A stretch of 64,000 bases of DNA from Lama guanicoe (taxonomy: Eukaryota). This document shows positions 51,001 through 64,000 of the stretch, piece after piece. Position 1 is the first letter of the stretch, and each line of letters begins with the position of its first letter. The DNA lies in the NCBI GenBank assembly GCA_013239625.1, contig MU054323.1:10509186-10573185 (forward strand). Reading direction: 5' to 3'. The notes beneath the pieces were generated by a model. That model saw only the letters and a program-made list of their open reading frames with translations, did no database searches and was not told where the DNA came from. Position numbers and translations under genes: made by a program.

Positions 51001-54000
51001 AAGATACCCAAGGGCTTTCTTCTTGCAGGTTACAGTCTTCAATCCTTGAAGCTATGCTGTTTCTTGGATCAGAAGAGAGCTGAGAGAGACACACACTGGG
51101 TACCATAGAGGTGGGCAGGCCCAGGGTGGCACCCCTGGCCACATTGTGCTCTTTACCCTGGTCAAAGAAGAGTGGAAGGGGATCTTGATCTGCAGTAGCT
51201 CTGGGAGGAGTCACAGGGTACCATGCCCTGCATTAATATGGTCTCTATTCAGACACTTGAGACCAGGCTATTAATAGAATCATAAAATGCTGAAGGTAAA
51301 AGGGCCTTTGAGACAGCTTATTCCAGTGTTTTTCTAACCACGTTCTGCAAAGGTCTGAGCTTGATAAAGGGCTTCAGGGTCTGTTGAGGGTAGAGGGGGT
51401 GCAGAGGGAAGAAAGAAGGCACATGTTCCTCCTCACCTTTGACCAGAACCCTGCACTCCATCTCTTTCTTAAGGCTGGGGTGTGTGGCCAATGAAGGGTT
51501 CTACTGCAGCACAACAAAAAATGCCATGAAAGCCTCAAGATGTTTTATTCCATGCCCACATTTTAGAGTCAAAGGAGCCTGAAGTCCAGAGACTTGGGGA
51601 GACTTCTCCAAGGTCCCCTCTCTGGTTAGTACAGATCCTGGCTGGTTAGTCAAACTCTTTCCCCATGACCTACCCTCCAAGCAATCTGAGTGCTATCCCC
51701 ATGCTGTCTTGGCTGGTGATGTCAGGAAATGCAGTCTTAGACAGCTGAATGTGGGAAGTGGAGGGTCATCTAAACAATGTTGAGAGGGGACTGACTGCAC
51801 AGTCTGGAAGCAGCAACAGCTGTCTGCTGTGAGATATTTTGGGGAGTTCTTGATTTGCCAGGCCCTTTCTTCAGCATATTTAGGTAGCCCTGCTGAATGG
51901 GCTTGGGACTCTACAGGACATGGAACAGCACCAAAGAGCCCAGAGCCGTAGGTTTTAGCCCTGCCTCTGCAGCCAACCTGCCTCGGGCAAGTAATTTTGT
52001 CTTTGTGCCTCCTCATCTACAGATAGATTACTTCTAAGATCATTCCAGCTTTAGAATTCTAGGCTCTCTCTGATCTCTAAAAATGACCTCATCCTTACAC
52101 CAATGTCTTTATTTTAAATCCACTTGCCATTAAAAATAGGCCTCTGCTCCTCCTTTCTATACTCACAAAATTCAGGTGCCTTAAAGATGTCCAAGGCTTA
52201 TTTAATCTGACCTTCAAAAAGGTGACATTCTGGTCCTCATGGGGGTGACACATCAGACAATGTTCAGCCCAGCTTTGATGATTACCTGTATTGCTGTATG
52301 CAAAGAAACTCCAACAGCCTCTCGCATACACCATCAACATCCTCAGTGCTCTCTGCTGAAATTTTGCTCTTTTCCTCTATGCCCTGCAAAATAACTCAGC
52401 GTACGTGAGCCATCCTGAGACTTGTCCAAGAGCACCTGCTATGAGCCAGACTTGGAAAACTGCATACAGCTAGCTAGTCAGACTAAGAAACAGCTGCTCC
52501 AAGGAATGGGAGACCCCCGTGGAGCTCTTAGGGCTGCGGAGTTGGTACATATGGCAGACTGAAGGCAGTTCCATGAGCTTTGGATACTGGATATATAGAG
52601 GAAAGGTTAACAGACCCCTCAGCAAAGACTCCAATATTGACCAAGCATGGATATATCACCCCAAAGAGGGCATAATTTTAGGAGTCGACAGCCCCAAGTT
52701 CTTCACCCACCAGAACCCAGACTCGTAGGAAAAGCACTGATTCACTCTGAGGCTTCAGAACAGTATTAAATTACTTGTCCATTATTATGTGATTTATGCT
52801 GGGATCAGGCTGAGAGGTCCCCGCATTGCTTTCTCCTCCTCACCCCACCCACCCCCATTTCAACCACTGCCCAAACATCCACAGAATTTATAACACAGAA
52901 ATTGGTTCTGAGACCCAGTGCTGTGGTATTTTTCTTTCTGCAAGGGGTTTTTGCTACTGTGTGGGTTTTATGCATATGTCCAGATGATTCTTACATTAAG
53001 CCACAGGAAAAAAAATTCAATTTGTTTTTTATTAAAGTCCAACCGCTGCCCTGCCAGTCAAACCCATTTATCTCACTGAGCATGGATTGCTCATGTCAAC
53101 CCGTGATTACCGTGCGCTACCTCCATAACAGCCTGCTGATTATCCCAACATCTGAAAAGCTGCCTTTTGTAAATTACATTGCAACTAATGAAGCCCAGAT
53201 GCACTTGCTTCCGTGTCCTCTCTTGCTCTCCCTCTCTGTCACGCACAGGAGCCAAACCGCAAGGCCAGCGCTGGCATCTGAATGTCATTATAACCTAAGC
53301 CTGGGATTTCAGGCCCGGCCACAATGGAGGTTTCCTTTGCTGTAGCCATGTGGAAATCGGGTTTACGTAACTCTCCTCCAATTCAATACCCCTTCTCTCA
53401 AAGTTTGATTGGGAGTCAGATTAGAGCTCCATTACTATGGTCAATGCAGAAAATCCAGACACCAGGCAACACTTTAATTTAGGATAATAAGGAAGATGAA
53501 CAACATGTGGTGCCGATCGTGTAGGTGCAAGGGCTGTGATTTTTAAATTACACTAAACAGATGTGGAGGGAAAAGTTGCCATCCACATGACAGTTTAGTT
53601 CAGCTTGAACAAAGACAGGCCCTGATGTGGTTTGGGGCTATTTATGCCGTCCTGCTGCCCAGCGGCGGCAAGTCAAAGAGGCTGAACAGCAGTGGTCAGC
53701 TCTGTCGGGCTCTGCTGAGTGATGGCTTAAAGGCCTTTTCCATCTTAGTTTCCTCATGTCTCAGGCAGAAAGAAAGAAGTATCAAGGCTAGGACTCAGGA
53801 ATGAATTAGTATTAGTGAACACATGGTGCCTCTTTTCCCGAGGTCAAGGTCTTCTACACAGCTCTACGTCCTTATCAAGAACTGCCTGGAGCAGAGCCTG
53901 TGCATAGCAACAGCTCAGAGGAAGGGTCTTCTGGAATCCACCCAGAGCCCCAGAGTCAAGGGAACACTTGCTAGGACCACTTTACTGTGCCCGCATCCCA

Positions 54001-55977
54001 CCAGGCTCTGCTCATGACTCCCTGCAGTCAGAACACTAAAGGAGGAGAGGCTGGGAAGGTGAAATGTGGCCTGGGGGTGTCTAGAGGTCTAGAGGTTGCA
54101 GGTGGGAAGACTAGAAGTGGGAGTCACTTGGACCAAGAGCCTGAGCTCTAGGAAATGATGACCATCAGAGATGACCAGGGCAGTGAGGGTGAAGGAGGGA
54201 TCCCAGCCCCTGGGCTCCTGAATCAGTAAGGAGTCTCTTTCTTTTCTCTTCTTACTTCTTTCTTTCCATTTTGGAATAACTTTTGAGAAGACTCTGCTAA
54301 GTTTTTGCCCAATGGTGGCTTAAATACCCATCCTGCCTCATTTCCTCATCTCTTAGGCGGAGAGAAAAGTGAGAAGAGTCTGGTAGTGTAGGCCTGGGTG
54401 AACATGTGATGCCACTGCAGAGTGTGCTGCAGGGTGATGGTCTTGGTGCAATTCTCTCTCCCTTGTCCCTGAGTGCAGACTCAAGACAAACATTCACTCA
54501 ACAGTATTTTTTAGGCCCTGTTGTCTGCACTGTTTAGAGAGGAGAAGATCTGCATGAACAGAATTATATCTGGAGGAGAGAAAGGGATGAGAGCCTAAAA
54601 AGTGTTAGAAACATAACACTATGTAGGTGCAGCAGAGGGGAATGACCTTCTTGCTGAGGCAATCCTGAAGGGCTCATGGAGAAGGGAGATTTAAGTAGAC
54701 CTTAGAAACTCCATCCCAAATCCTAGAAGAATGGGATCTCATTCACTTTCCTTCTATGTGTTTTTGTTTTATTTTGTTTTTCCTAAATGCAGAGTGGATT
54801 TTGTTCTATATTTTAATAACGAGGCCTGGAGAGGGAATTTGAGGCAGGAGCCCATAGGACCAGTTTGATAATTAGGACCTAAATTGGAGCCTTGGGTTTC
54901 AGTAGAAGCCATGAATATGTCAGATTTTTCAGAAACTCCATCCTAGACATTCTCACCTGTCCTATATCTGCCAGCTTTTCTAGGGATAGACAGGCTTGCA
55001 AATGAAAGGGACAGTGCAATGTCATCTCACTTTGTTAGTTCCTATGTTGATGCTTGAAAGAATATTCACCTCCACATTAATTCTAGGGAACAGGATTCTC
55101 CAAAGTCTGGCATCAAGATTCTCTTCCAAGAAGTGGTCATGTTTGTTTCATAGACAGAAATAGAGAATGAAAGAGTACATGAGTTGATACATAGGAAGAT
55201 AGCCTGAATCAGAGAGGCAGAATTTCTTCCAGCATCACCTTTACACAGGGAAAAGAATGAAAAGTCAGAATTCAAGCCCAGCACTCTTCTTTATCCAGAG
55301 AAATTGTACTCTCCACTACACTTTGCTTCCTGCTGTTATTTACATAATGGTATAATAAAACAAAACATTTGCATCATGTTTTACAATTTGCAAAGCATTC
55401 CAAATCTCACAATCATTTGGTGATCATTTCACTATTATTACCCTCTATTTAGAGATGAAGAAATTAAGTCACACAGACATGGGAATGATTTGCTCTAGGC
55501 CACACTACTGGCCCGTGGGAAATCCCACAGCCTGCCTCTCTGTTAATTAAGAAAGCTTCCCCCATGCAACCAAACATTCTGGCTCTCTGCTAGATCTCCA
55601 GTCACAGCAGGACCCTGAGCAGAGAACACTTCCTGATTCTAATTCCAATCTCTCTTGACTTCCATTTCTTGATTTTTAACACTAAGATAAAAATGCTCCA
55701 TCTGTTCTGTTCCTTTACTGTGACAAACCTGCTTCCTTCTTTCCTAAAAAGCCTTTCTTGGGTGCTATTCTGTAATTTCTTCTGTGGTCATAAATGGAAG
55801 GACAAACCCCTGCATATACCAAGATATCTCTTCCTTGCTGTTGGTTAGTCTCCCCTTCTCCTGCAGACGCAACCACCTAATGAGCCAGATAAACCTTCTA
55901 CAGAAAATGTGGAATGTTAACAGGGTGAGAGCTGGTATATATCTCTGGGGCACTGCATGGACCCCAGTAGAAATCTC

Positions 55978-57552
55978 CCAGATTTAAACATCCCAGACTT
56001 CAGACAATACTACAGAGCTACACTAATCAAAACAGTATGCTATTAGTACAAAAACAGACATATGGATCAATGGAATAGCATAGAGAGTCCAGAAATAAAT
56101 CCACAAATTTTTGGTCAATTAATATTTGACAAATGAGGCAAGAACATACAATGGAGTAAAGACAGTCTCTTCAGCAAATAGTGCTGGGAAAACTGGATAG
56201 CTCCATGTAAATCAATAACGTTAGAATACTCCCTCACACTATACACAAAAATAAACTCAAAATGATTTAAAGACTTAAACATAAGACAAGACACTATAAA
56301 CCTCTTAGAAGAAAACATAGGAAAACATTATCTGACATAAATCTCAGCGATGTTTTCCTAGGGCAATCTCCCAAGCAACAGAAATAAAAGCAAAAATAAA
56401 CAAATGGGACCTAATTAAACTTATAAGCTTTTGCACAGCAAAGGAAACCATAAGCAAAACAAAAAGACAACCTATGGAATGGGAGAAAATATTTGCAAAA
56501 GATAAGACTGACAAGGGCTTAATTTCTGAGTATATAAATAGCTCATACAACTTAGTAAGAAACAAACAAACGACCCAATCTAAAAATGGGCAGAAGATCT
56601 AAACAAGCAATTCTCCAGTGAAGACATACAAATGGCCCATAGGCACATGAAAAAATGCTCAATATTGCTAATTATCAGAGAAATGCAAATCAAAATTACA
56701 ATGAGGTATCACCTCACACCAGTCAGAATGGCCATCATTCAAAAGTCCACAAACAATAAATGCTGGAAAGGGTGTGGGGTAAAGGAAACCCTCCTACATT
56801 GTTGGTGGGAATGTAGTTTGGTGCAGCCATTATGGAAAACAGTATGAAGAGTCCTCAAAAAACTAAAAATAGGCTTACCATATGATCCAGCGACCCCACT
56901 CTTGGGCATATATCCAGAGGGAACCTTAATTCAAAAAGATACATGCACCCCAGTGTTCACAGCAGCACTATTTACAATAGCCAAGACATGAAAACAACCT
57001 AAATGTCCACAGACAGATGACTGGATACAGAAGTTGTGGCATAGAGACACACACACACACACATACATACATACATACAATGGAATACTACTCAGCCATA
57101 AAAATAATAAAATAATACCATTTGCAGCAATATGGATGAACCTGGAGAATGTTATTCTAAGTGAAGTAAGCCAGAAAGAGAAAGAAAAATACCATATGAT
57201 ATCACTTACATGTGGAATCTAAAAAAAAAAAAAAGATAAACTTGTTTACAAGGCAGAAACAGACTCACAGACATAGAAGACAAACTTATGGTTACCAGGG
57301 GGGAAGAAGTGGGACAGAATAAATTGGGAATTCTAGATGTGAAGATACCAATTACTCTATATAAAATAGATAAACAACAAGTTTATACTGTATAGCACAG
57401 GGAACTATATTCAATATCTTATAGTAACTTATGGTTAAAAAGAATATGAAAATGAATATATGTATGTTCCTATATAACTGAAGTATTATGCTGTATACCA
57501 GAAATTGATACATTGTAAACTGACTATACTTCAATAAAAATATATTTAAAAA
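55978..57552 (+). mobile_element. Young 5'-truncated L1 (ORF2 C-terminus plus 3'UTR), with an internal (CA)/(CATA) repeat
   Basis: ORF2 remnants ([25 protein letters not shown]...[15 protein letters not shown]), then AATAAA and an A-tail. TSD agaaatctc at 55969-55977 and 57553-57561. Confidence 0.93.
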
Positions 57553-58310
57553 AGAAATCTCATTATCTTTCTTAATTTGCTTACTAAATAAATGAGATAA
57601 CCTATTTATTTATCATGTAAATTTAATTAGAGGTTTGATTTATTTACTTTGTGCTTACTGAGGTCTCATCACCTTCTCCAGCTTTGCATTCTGGCCACTC
57701 CAGCCATGGCAGGTTAACAAGGATAATGAGCTCTGTGTCTCTGGGATCTTGGCCCTGTAGCAGCAGGAAGCAAAGTGCTAAAGGCAAGGCTGAGGTGGGG
57801 TGGGGTGAGAGGGGTGGAAACACAAAAGAAAGAGCCCACTCTCTCAAAAAAACCTCAAAAAGTCACCAAATCTGAATGGGATATCTGTGAGAATGAGTCC
57901 CTAAGAACCATCCTGGAGTCAAATCCAGTAGGATTTAATATTAGGTCAAAGAAGTAGTAAATCCAGAAGAAACCACATGACAGTCACTCCATGATACAGG
58001 GAGCTTCTTTTTTTATTATTTGTTAAATGGTGCTTCTTTGCTTTTAAAAGCAACAAATGTTACTAGGGAATTTTTCCAAAGCAAAATCTGAGAAGGGCTA
58101 ATGGCTGATTCATCAGGATGTTAACAGGAATTTTGCAAAGATATTAGTCAAATAAATTTGGGCAAACCTGAATGTACAAAGTTCAACGTAGTGATCATTC
58201 ACTGGGACTCTGAGAGAGGCATACAGAATACATAGGTGTTTTTACACCACTGGGACCATGGAAATGATTTCTTTTCTCATGATGAAATACGGTAATCAGG
58301 GATATGCAGA

Positions 58311-61300
58311 AATCCACAAACATGGTATATTTTTCATCTGTTTGTGTCATCTTCAGTTTCTTTCATCAATGTCTTATAGTTTTGTTAAATATTGGGCTTT
58401 TACCTCCTCAGATAGGTTTCTTCCTAGATTTTTTTTTGATGTGGTTATAAGCTGGATTATCTCCTTAATTTCTCATTCTGATAGTCTGTTATTAGTGTAT
58501 AGAAATGCAACAGATTTCTGTATATTAATTTTGTATCCTGCAACTGTATTGAATTCACTGATCAGCTCCAGTTAGTTTTTTCATTAGCATCTTCAGGATT
58601 TTCTATGTTTAGTATCATGTCAAATAGTAACAGTTTTACTTTTTCCTTCCCAATTTGGATTCCTTTTTTTTTTTCTTGTTTAATTGCTCTGTCTAGGAGT
58701 TCCAATACTATGTTGAACAAAGGTGGCAGGAGTAGGCATCCTATCTTGTTCCTGATCTTAGAGGAAATTCTTTCAGCTTTTCACCACTGAGTATAATGTT
58801 AGCTATAGGCTTATTATACACAGCCTTCATTATGTTGAGGAATGTTCCCTCTATATCCACTTTGTTGAGAGTTTTTTTTTTAAATAATAATTGGATGCTG
58901 AATTTTATCAAAAGCTTTTTCTGCATCTATTGAGATGATCATATGGTTTTTTTCCTTCAGTTTGTTGATGTGATGTATCACAAAGATTGCTTTGCGGATA
59001 CTGAACCATCTTTGCGTCCCTAGGATAAATCCCACTTGATCATGGTGTATGATCTGTTGTATTTGGTTTGCTAGTTATTTTTTGAGGATTTTTGCATCTA
59101 TTTTCAACAGTAATATTAGCCTGTAATTTTTTTTCCTTGTGATATCTTTGTCTGGTTTTGGTATCAGCGTGATGCTTGCCACATAGAATGAGTTTGGAAA
59201 CATCCTTCCTCTGCAATATTTTGGAATAGTTTGAGGAAGATAAGTGTTACCTCTTCTCTAAATGTTTGGTGAAAGTCAACCATCTGGTCCTGGCCTTTTG
59301 TTTGTTGGGGATTTTTTTTTTTAACTGATAACAATTTCATTACTGGTAATTTGTCTGTTCACATATTCTATTTCTTCCTGGTTTAGTCTTGGGAGATTCT
59401 ACATTTCTAGGAATTTTTCCATTTCTTCTTGGTTGTCCATTTTATTGGCATATATTTGTTCTTAGTAATCTCTTTTGATCCTTTGTATTTCTGTGGTGTC
59501 AGTTTTAACTTCTCCATTTTCACTTCTGATTTTATTAGTTTGGGCCCTCTCTCTTTTTTCTCTTAATGAGTCTGGCCAAAAGTTTATCACTTCTGTTTAG
59601 CTTTGAAAAGAACCAGCTCTCAGTTTCATAGATCTTTTCTATTGTTTATTTTCTTAGTCTCTATTTCATTTACTTCTGCTCTAATATTTATGATTTCTTT
59701 CCTTCTACTAATCTTGGGTTTTGTATGTTCTTTTTCTAGTCCCTTTAGGTGTAAAGTCTGGAATAATTAATATTGTTAAAATGACCATACTGACCAAAGC
59801 AATACACAGATTCAATGCAATCCTTATTAAAATACCAATGGCATTTTTCAGAGATCTAGAACAAATAATTCTAAATTTTGTATGGAAACACAACAGACCC
59901 CATATAGCCAAAACAATCTTTAGAAAGAAAAAACAGTGCTGGAGGTTCCCTGATTTCAGACTATACTACAAAGCTACAGTCATCCAAACAATCTGGTACT
60001 GGCATAAAAACAAACATACAGGTCAATGGAACAGAATAGAGGGCCCAGAAATAAACTCACTCATTTATGGTCAATTATTGTATGACAAAGCAGGGAATAT
60101 GTACAATGGAGAAAACTGTCTCTTCAATAAGTGGTGCCAGGAAAACTGGACAACTACATGTAGAACAATGAAATTAGAATATATTCTCACACAATATACA
60201 AAAATAAACTCAAAATGAATTAAAGACCTAAATGTCTAAGACTGGAAACCATAAAACTCCTAAAAGAGAACATAGGCAGAACACTCTTTGACATAAACTG
60301 TAGCAATATTTTTTGGATCTGTCTCCTAAGGCAAAGAAACAGAAGCAAAAACAAATAAAAAAAATGGGATCTAATTAAATTTAAGCAGTTTTGCACAGCA
60401 AAGGAAACCACTAACAAAATGAAAGACAACCTACTGAATGGGAGAAAGTATTTACAAATGATATGACTGATAAGGAGTTAATATCCAAAATATAGCTCAT
60501 ATAACTCAATATCAAAATATACTAGCAACCTGATTAAAAAATGGATAGAAGACCTAAACAGACATTTTAGCAAAGAAGACATACAGATGGCCAATAGGTA
60601 TATGAAAAGGTGCTCAGCATGGCTAATCATCAGAGAAATGCAAATCACAACTACATTGAGATATCACCTCACACGTCTCAGAAAGGCTATCATCAAAAAG
60701 ACTGCAAACAACAAATGCTGAAGAGGATATGGAGACAAGGGAACCCTCCTATATTATTGGTGGGAATGTAAATTGGTGCAGCCATTGTGGAAAACAGTAT
60801 AAAAGTTTCTCATAAAACTAAAAATAGAACTACCATATGACTCATCCAGCAATTGCACTCATGAGTATATACCCAAAGAAAATGAAAACACTAATTCTAA
60901 AAGATTCATGCATCCCAATGTTCACAGCAGCACTATTTACAATAGCCAAGATATAGAAGCAACCTAAGTATCCATCAACAGATGAATAGATAAAGAAGAC
61001 ATGTAGATACAGTTACAGAGATAGATAGATAGATAGATAGTTAAACTATTTGTATATATAATGGAATACAACTGAGCCATGAAAACAAATAAAATTTTGC
61101 CATTTGCAACAACATGGATGGACCTGGAGGATATTAAGCTTAGTGAAATAAGTCAGACAGTAAAGACAAATACTGTATGTTATCACTTATACAAGGAACC
61201 TTATAAAAATAAAACAAATTAAGGAATACAACAGAAAAGAGACTCCAGATATAGAGTACAAACTAGTGATACTAGTGTAGGGAGGGAGTGGGTGAGGGGC

Positions 61301-61504
61301 AAGATAGGGATAGGAGATCAAGAGGTACAAACTATTAAGTATAAAATAAACAAGCTACAAGGATATATTATATAGCATAGAGTATAGCCAATATTTTATA
61401 ATAACTTAGATGAAGTATAATCTATAAAAATTTTGAGTCACTATTATATACACCCAAAACTAGTATAACATTGTAAATCAATGTACCTCAATTAAAAAAA
61501 AAAA
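58311..61504 (+). mobile_element. 5'-inverted (twin-primed) L1: inverted ORF2 segment 58311-59757, sense segment 59759-61504
   Basis: Minus ORF has RT-domain remnants ([44 protein letters not shown]). Plus ORF 59721-60218 is ORF2-like ([19 protein letters not shown]...). A-tail ends at 61504. Degenerate TSD gatatgcagaa (58301-58311) / gatctgcaaaa (61505-61515). Confidence 0.9.
61018..61040. repeat. (GATA)n microsatellite inside L1
   Basis: gagatagatagatagatagatag. Confidence 0.85.
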
Positions 61505-62089
61505 GATCTGCAAAACTCACTATAGAAAGGCTGGTTTAGCTGTCCTGGAGTCTACCCATGGATTTAGCTAAATGGTCAGAATTGTTTTTCTGATTTACAC
61601 CTTGCTATGGTGACATTAGCCCATATTTAAAGGTCAGTGTAAGCAATGCTGCATAAAATGCACTGCTATGATTATTATTCAGATGATGCTGAGTGTTGAT
61701 CTCTCTTTAAGAACTCATGTAAAACATTTCTCTCTGGTTACTGTTTCAGACTCGTAATTGGTTTGATTTTACTTTAGACACACTGTGAATCTTCTAATTA
61801 AAAGCATTTTGTGCTTCATGTGGGCTGTGAGGAAGCCTAGAGCCAAATCTATGGTTTTCTCTGTCAGTATGTTATAGTATATGGCATGGTTTTTTTGTAC
61901 TGAGGACATACTGAGATTCATAGTAACTTTCTTATCCACATTTGCTCCTTCATCTTAATTTCTTTATTATTTTTAATGTATTCTATGTGGCTCAATCATT
62001 CATATTTTTAAGCCCTTTTTTGGAATAAGGCAAGATATAAATGCACAATTAAAAAAATTTAAATGCTTATTTTAAGTGATGATGCAAAG

Positions 62090-63370
62090 AAGAAAGTGAA
62101 AATCAACTGTAATCCTAATATCTAGAGAAACTTATGCACTACTAACATTTTGATGTATTTTCTGTCAATCATTTTTACAAAATTAGAATCATATAATATA
62201 TACAAGTTTGTATCTTGCTTTTTCCACTTATAGTATCATAAGCATTTTTCTATTTAAATATTCTCTATATTTAACACTTTATTTGTGAGCATTGAGCATT
62301 TCAGGGTTTTTTTTTGATGCTATAAATAATATTGTGTTAAGATCTTTCTAGAATGTATTTTTGTTCAAGTTTTAAATTATTTTAGGATAAATTTCTAAGA
62401 AAATTAGTTTTAAGGGTACAAACATTTTTATTGAAGTATACTTGATTTACAATATTATATTAGTTTCAGGTGTATATCATAGTGATTCAAAATTTTTATA
62501 GCTTATACTCCATTTAAAGTTATTATAAAATATTGGCTATATTCCCTGTGCTGTAAAATAAATCCTTGTAACTTATTTATCTTATGCAAAGTAGTTTGAA
62601 TCTCTTAATCCACTATCCCTGTCTTGCCCCTTTCCCCTTCCTTGTCCCAGCTGGTAGCCACCAGTTTGTTCTCTACAAGTATATAAACATTTTTAGTATT
62701 TTTGATAAGTATTGTACAACTGCTTTCCAAAAATATTGCAACAGTCTGCATTCCTGCCAGTGGCATAGAAAGTATGCCTATTTCATCATGACTTCACTGG
62801 CATTATTGTGTTACTATCATCAAAAAAAACTTGCTAATTTTGTAGCTGAAAATAATTTATTTTTTAATTCATAGTTTTAATTGTTTAACATTATCATACC
62901 TTGCTATAAAATTTAATTTGTATTTTTGATTACTAGAATCTCAACCATTTTTCATCTCATTATTAATCTATCTCATGTATATTTTTTAACTATTGCTATA
63001 CATGTTGTCTATATTTCTTTTGGGGGTATTAACACATCTTTTTTTATTTATATGAGGCTTTTTATATATATTTAATCATCAACTATCTTCCTAAGTATTT
63101 TCAGAAAATAGGTTTTTGTTTCCATTTTGCTTATAATATTTTGATTACAGGTTTTTGTTTCTTATGTAATTATCTCAATGGATTTGTTCAATTTATTTTA
63201 ATATTTAATTTGATTTTTTATTTATTTAATTTAATAAATAAATTTAATTCATATCTACCTTTGAGAGTGAAATAACTATCCACATATATTCTTTAAAGTT
63301 TCAAAAACTGCTTTGATCTTTTAAATTTAACTAAATTTAACTAAAACCCAGAATTTATTTTGGTATATTT
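62090..63370 (-). mobile_element. Highly decayed L1M fragments (host of the 62431-62681 insertion)
   Basis: Very AT-rich, with motifs such as aactgctttccaaaaatattgcaacagtctgcattcctgccag and tttttgattactag. Confidence 0.55.
62431..62681 (-). mobile_element. Short L1 3' end
   Basis: Antisense L1 3'UTR. TSD tacaaacattttta (62417-62430) / tataaacattttta (62682-62695). Confidence 0.88.
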
Positions 63371-64000
63371 TGGGCTTCTGTTGAAGGCTCAAGGCTTGAG
63401 CCCAAGGGAATACATCAGTCCTCTCCAAGACCTTTTTGGCTAGTGGTTCTGCTCTCTAACCTGGGAAATAGGAACACTTTTAGTGTTCATTTAGCCTGGC
63501 CTCTTTGGAGAAAGTAATGCAGATAACAACTTATGCAGTGATTAGAAGTGAATCAGGAGGATGTACCTCCCCCTGCCCACCACTGCCACATACCAAAAAA
63601 TATACAGTACCTTTAGCATCTAGGGACAAGAACCCAAATTTTACCATTATATACATATCCTTTTTCTTTCTAGTAGATTACAGCAAACAAAAGCAAAAGC
63701 TGGGAAGTAAAATCCTCGGGATGGTTCCCAGAGTAGGGATAATTTTTCTTTATGACTTTTAGCTGAGTCTCAGACTCAACAGGACAAAATCCAGGATGTA
63801 GGAGCATTGGGGTGGGGGATCTATGAAGCTGTGAGAGGCACAGGCTTACCTGTCCATGAGTGTGTGGCCTAAATCATAGCTTTGCACCTGCATCACCCTA
63901 CCTCTCCCTCCCCTTAGTCTTGAGAGTTAGCTCTGCTCCCACGGTGGGCCAAGTTAGGAGACACCCCAGGGCAACTGGAGGGCCACTAATATATTTCCCC

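Noticed and set aside
59721..60218. 165-aa ORF, the longest in the window
   Set aside because: A decayed L1 ORF2 fragment whose start lies in the inverted arm. Neighbouring frames have stops and frameshifts, so it is not an active or domesticated gene.

Overview
Mammalian nuclear DNA, not prokaryotic. A tRNA-Ala-derived SINE of the Vic-1 type and the young L1 copies suggest a camelid (alpaca/llama/camel); this is an inference. The whole window lies inside the ALK receptor tyrosine kinase gene, which is transcribed on the minus strand. The only protein-coding sequence I can support is one 202-bp internal exon (11541-11742, minus) that matches human ALK exon 4 in the first MAM domain. Positions 11743-64000 are therefore intron 3 and 1-11540 intron 4. 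The rest is unique intronic DNA plus transposable-element fossils: MIR, L2, CR1/L3, HAL1/L1M, hAT MITEs (MER20, MER53, MER33, MER58, Charlie1, MER5), MaLR and MER41-like LTRs, and several younger L1s with target-site duplications (TSDs), two of them 5'-inverted. TE family names come from recalled consensus sequences, and boundaries of old elements are approximate. I found no convincing novel biological system. The most notable items are a MER53 hairpin carrying a miR-1302-like arm in ALK-sense orientation, a MER41-like solo LTR nested three layers deep, a retrotransposition site used repeatedly, two twin-primed L1s, inverted L1 pairs able to form dsRNA, two local duplications and candidate intronic regulatory elements.
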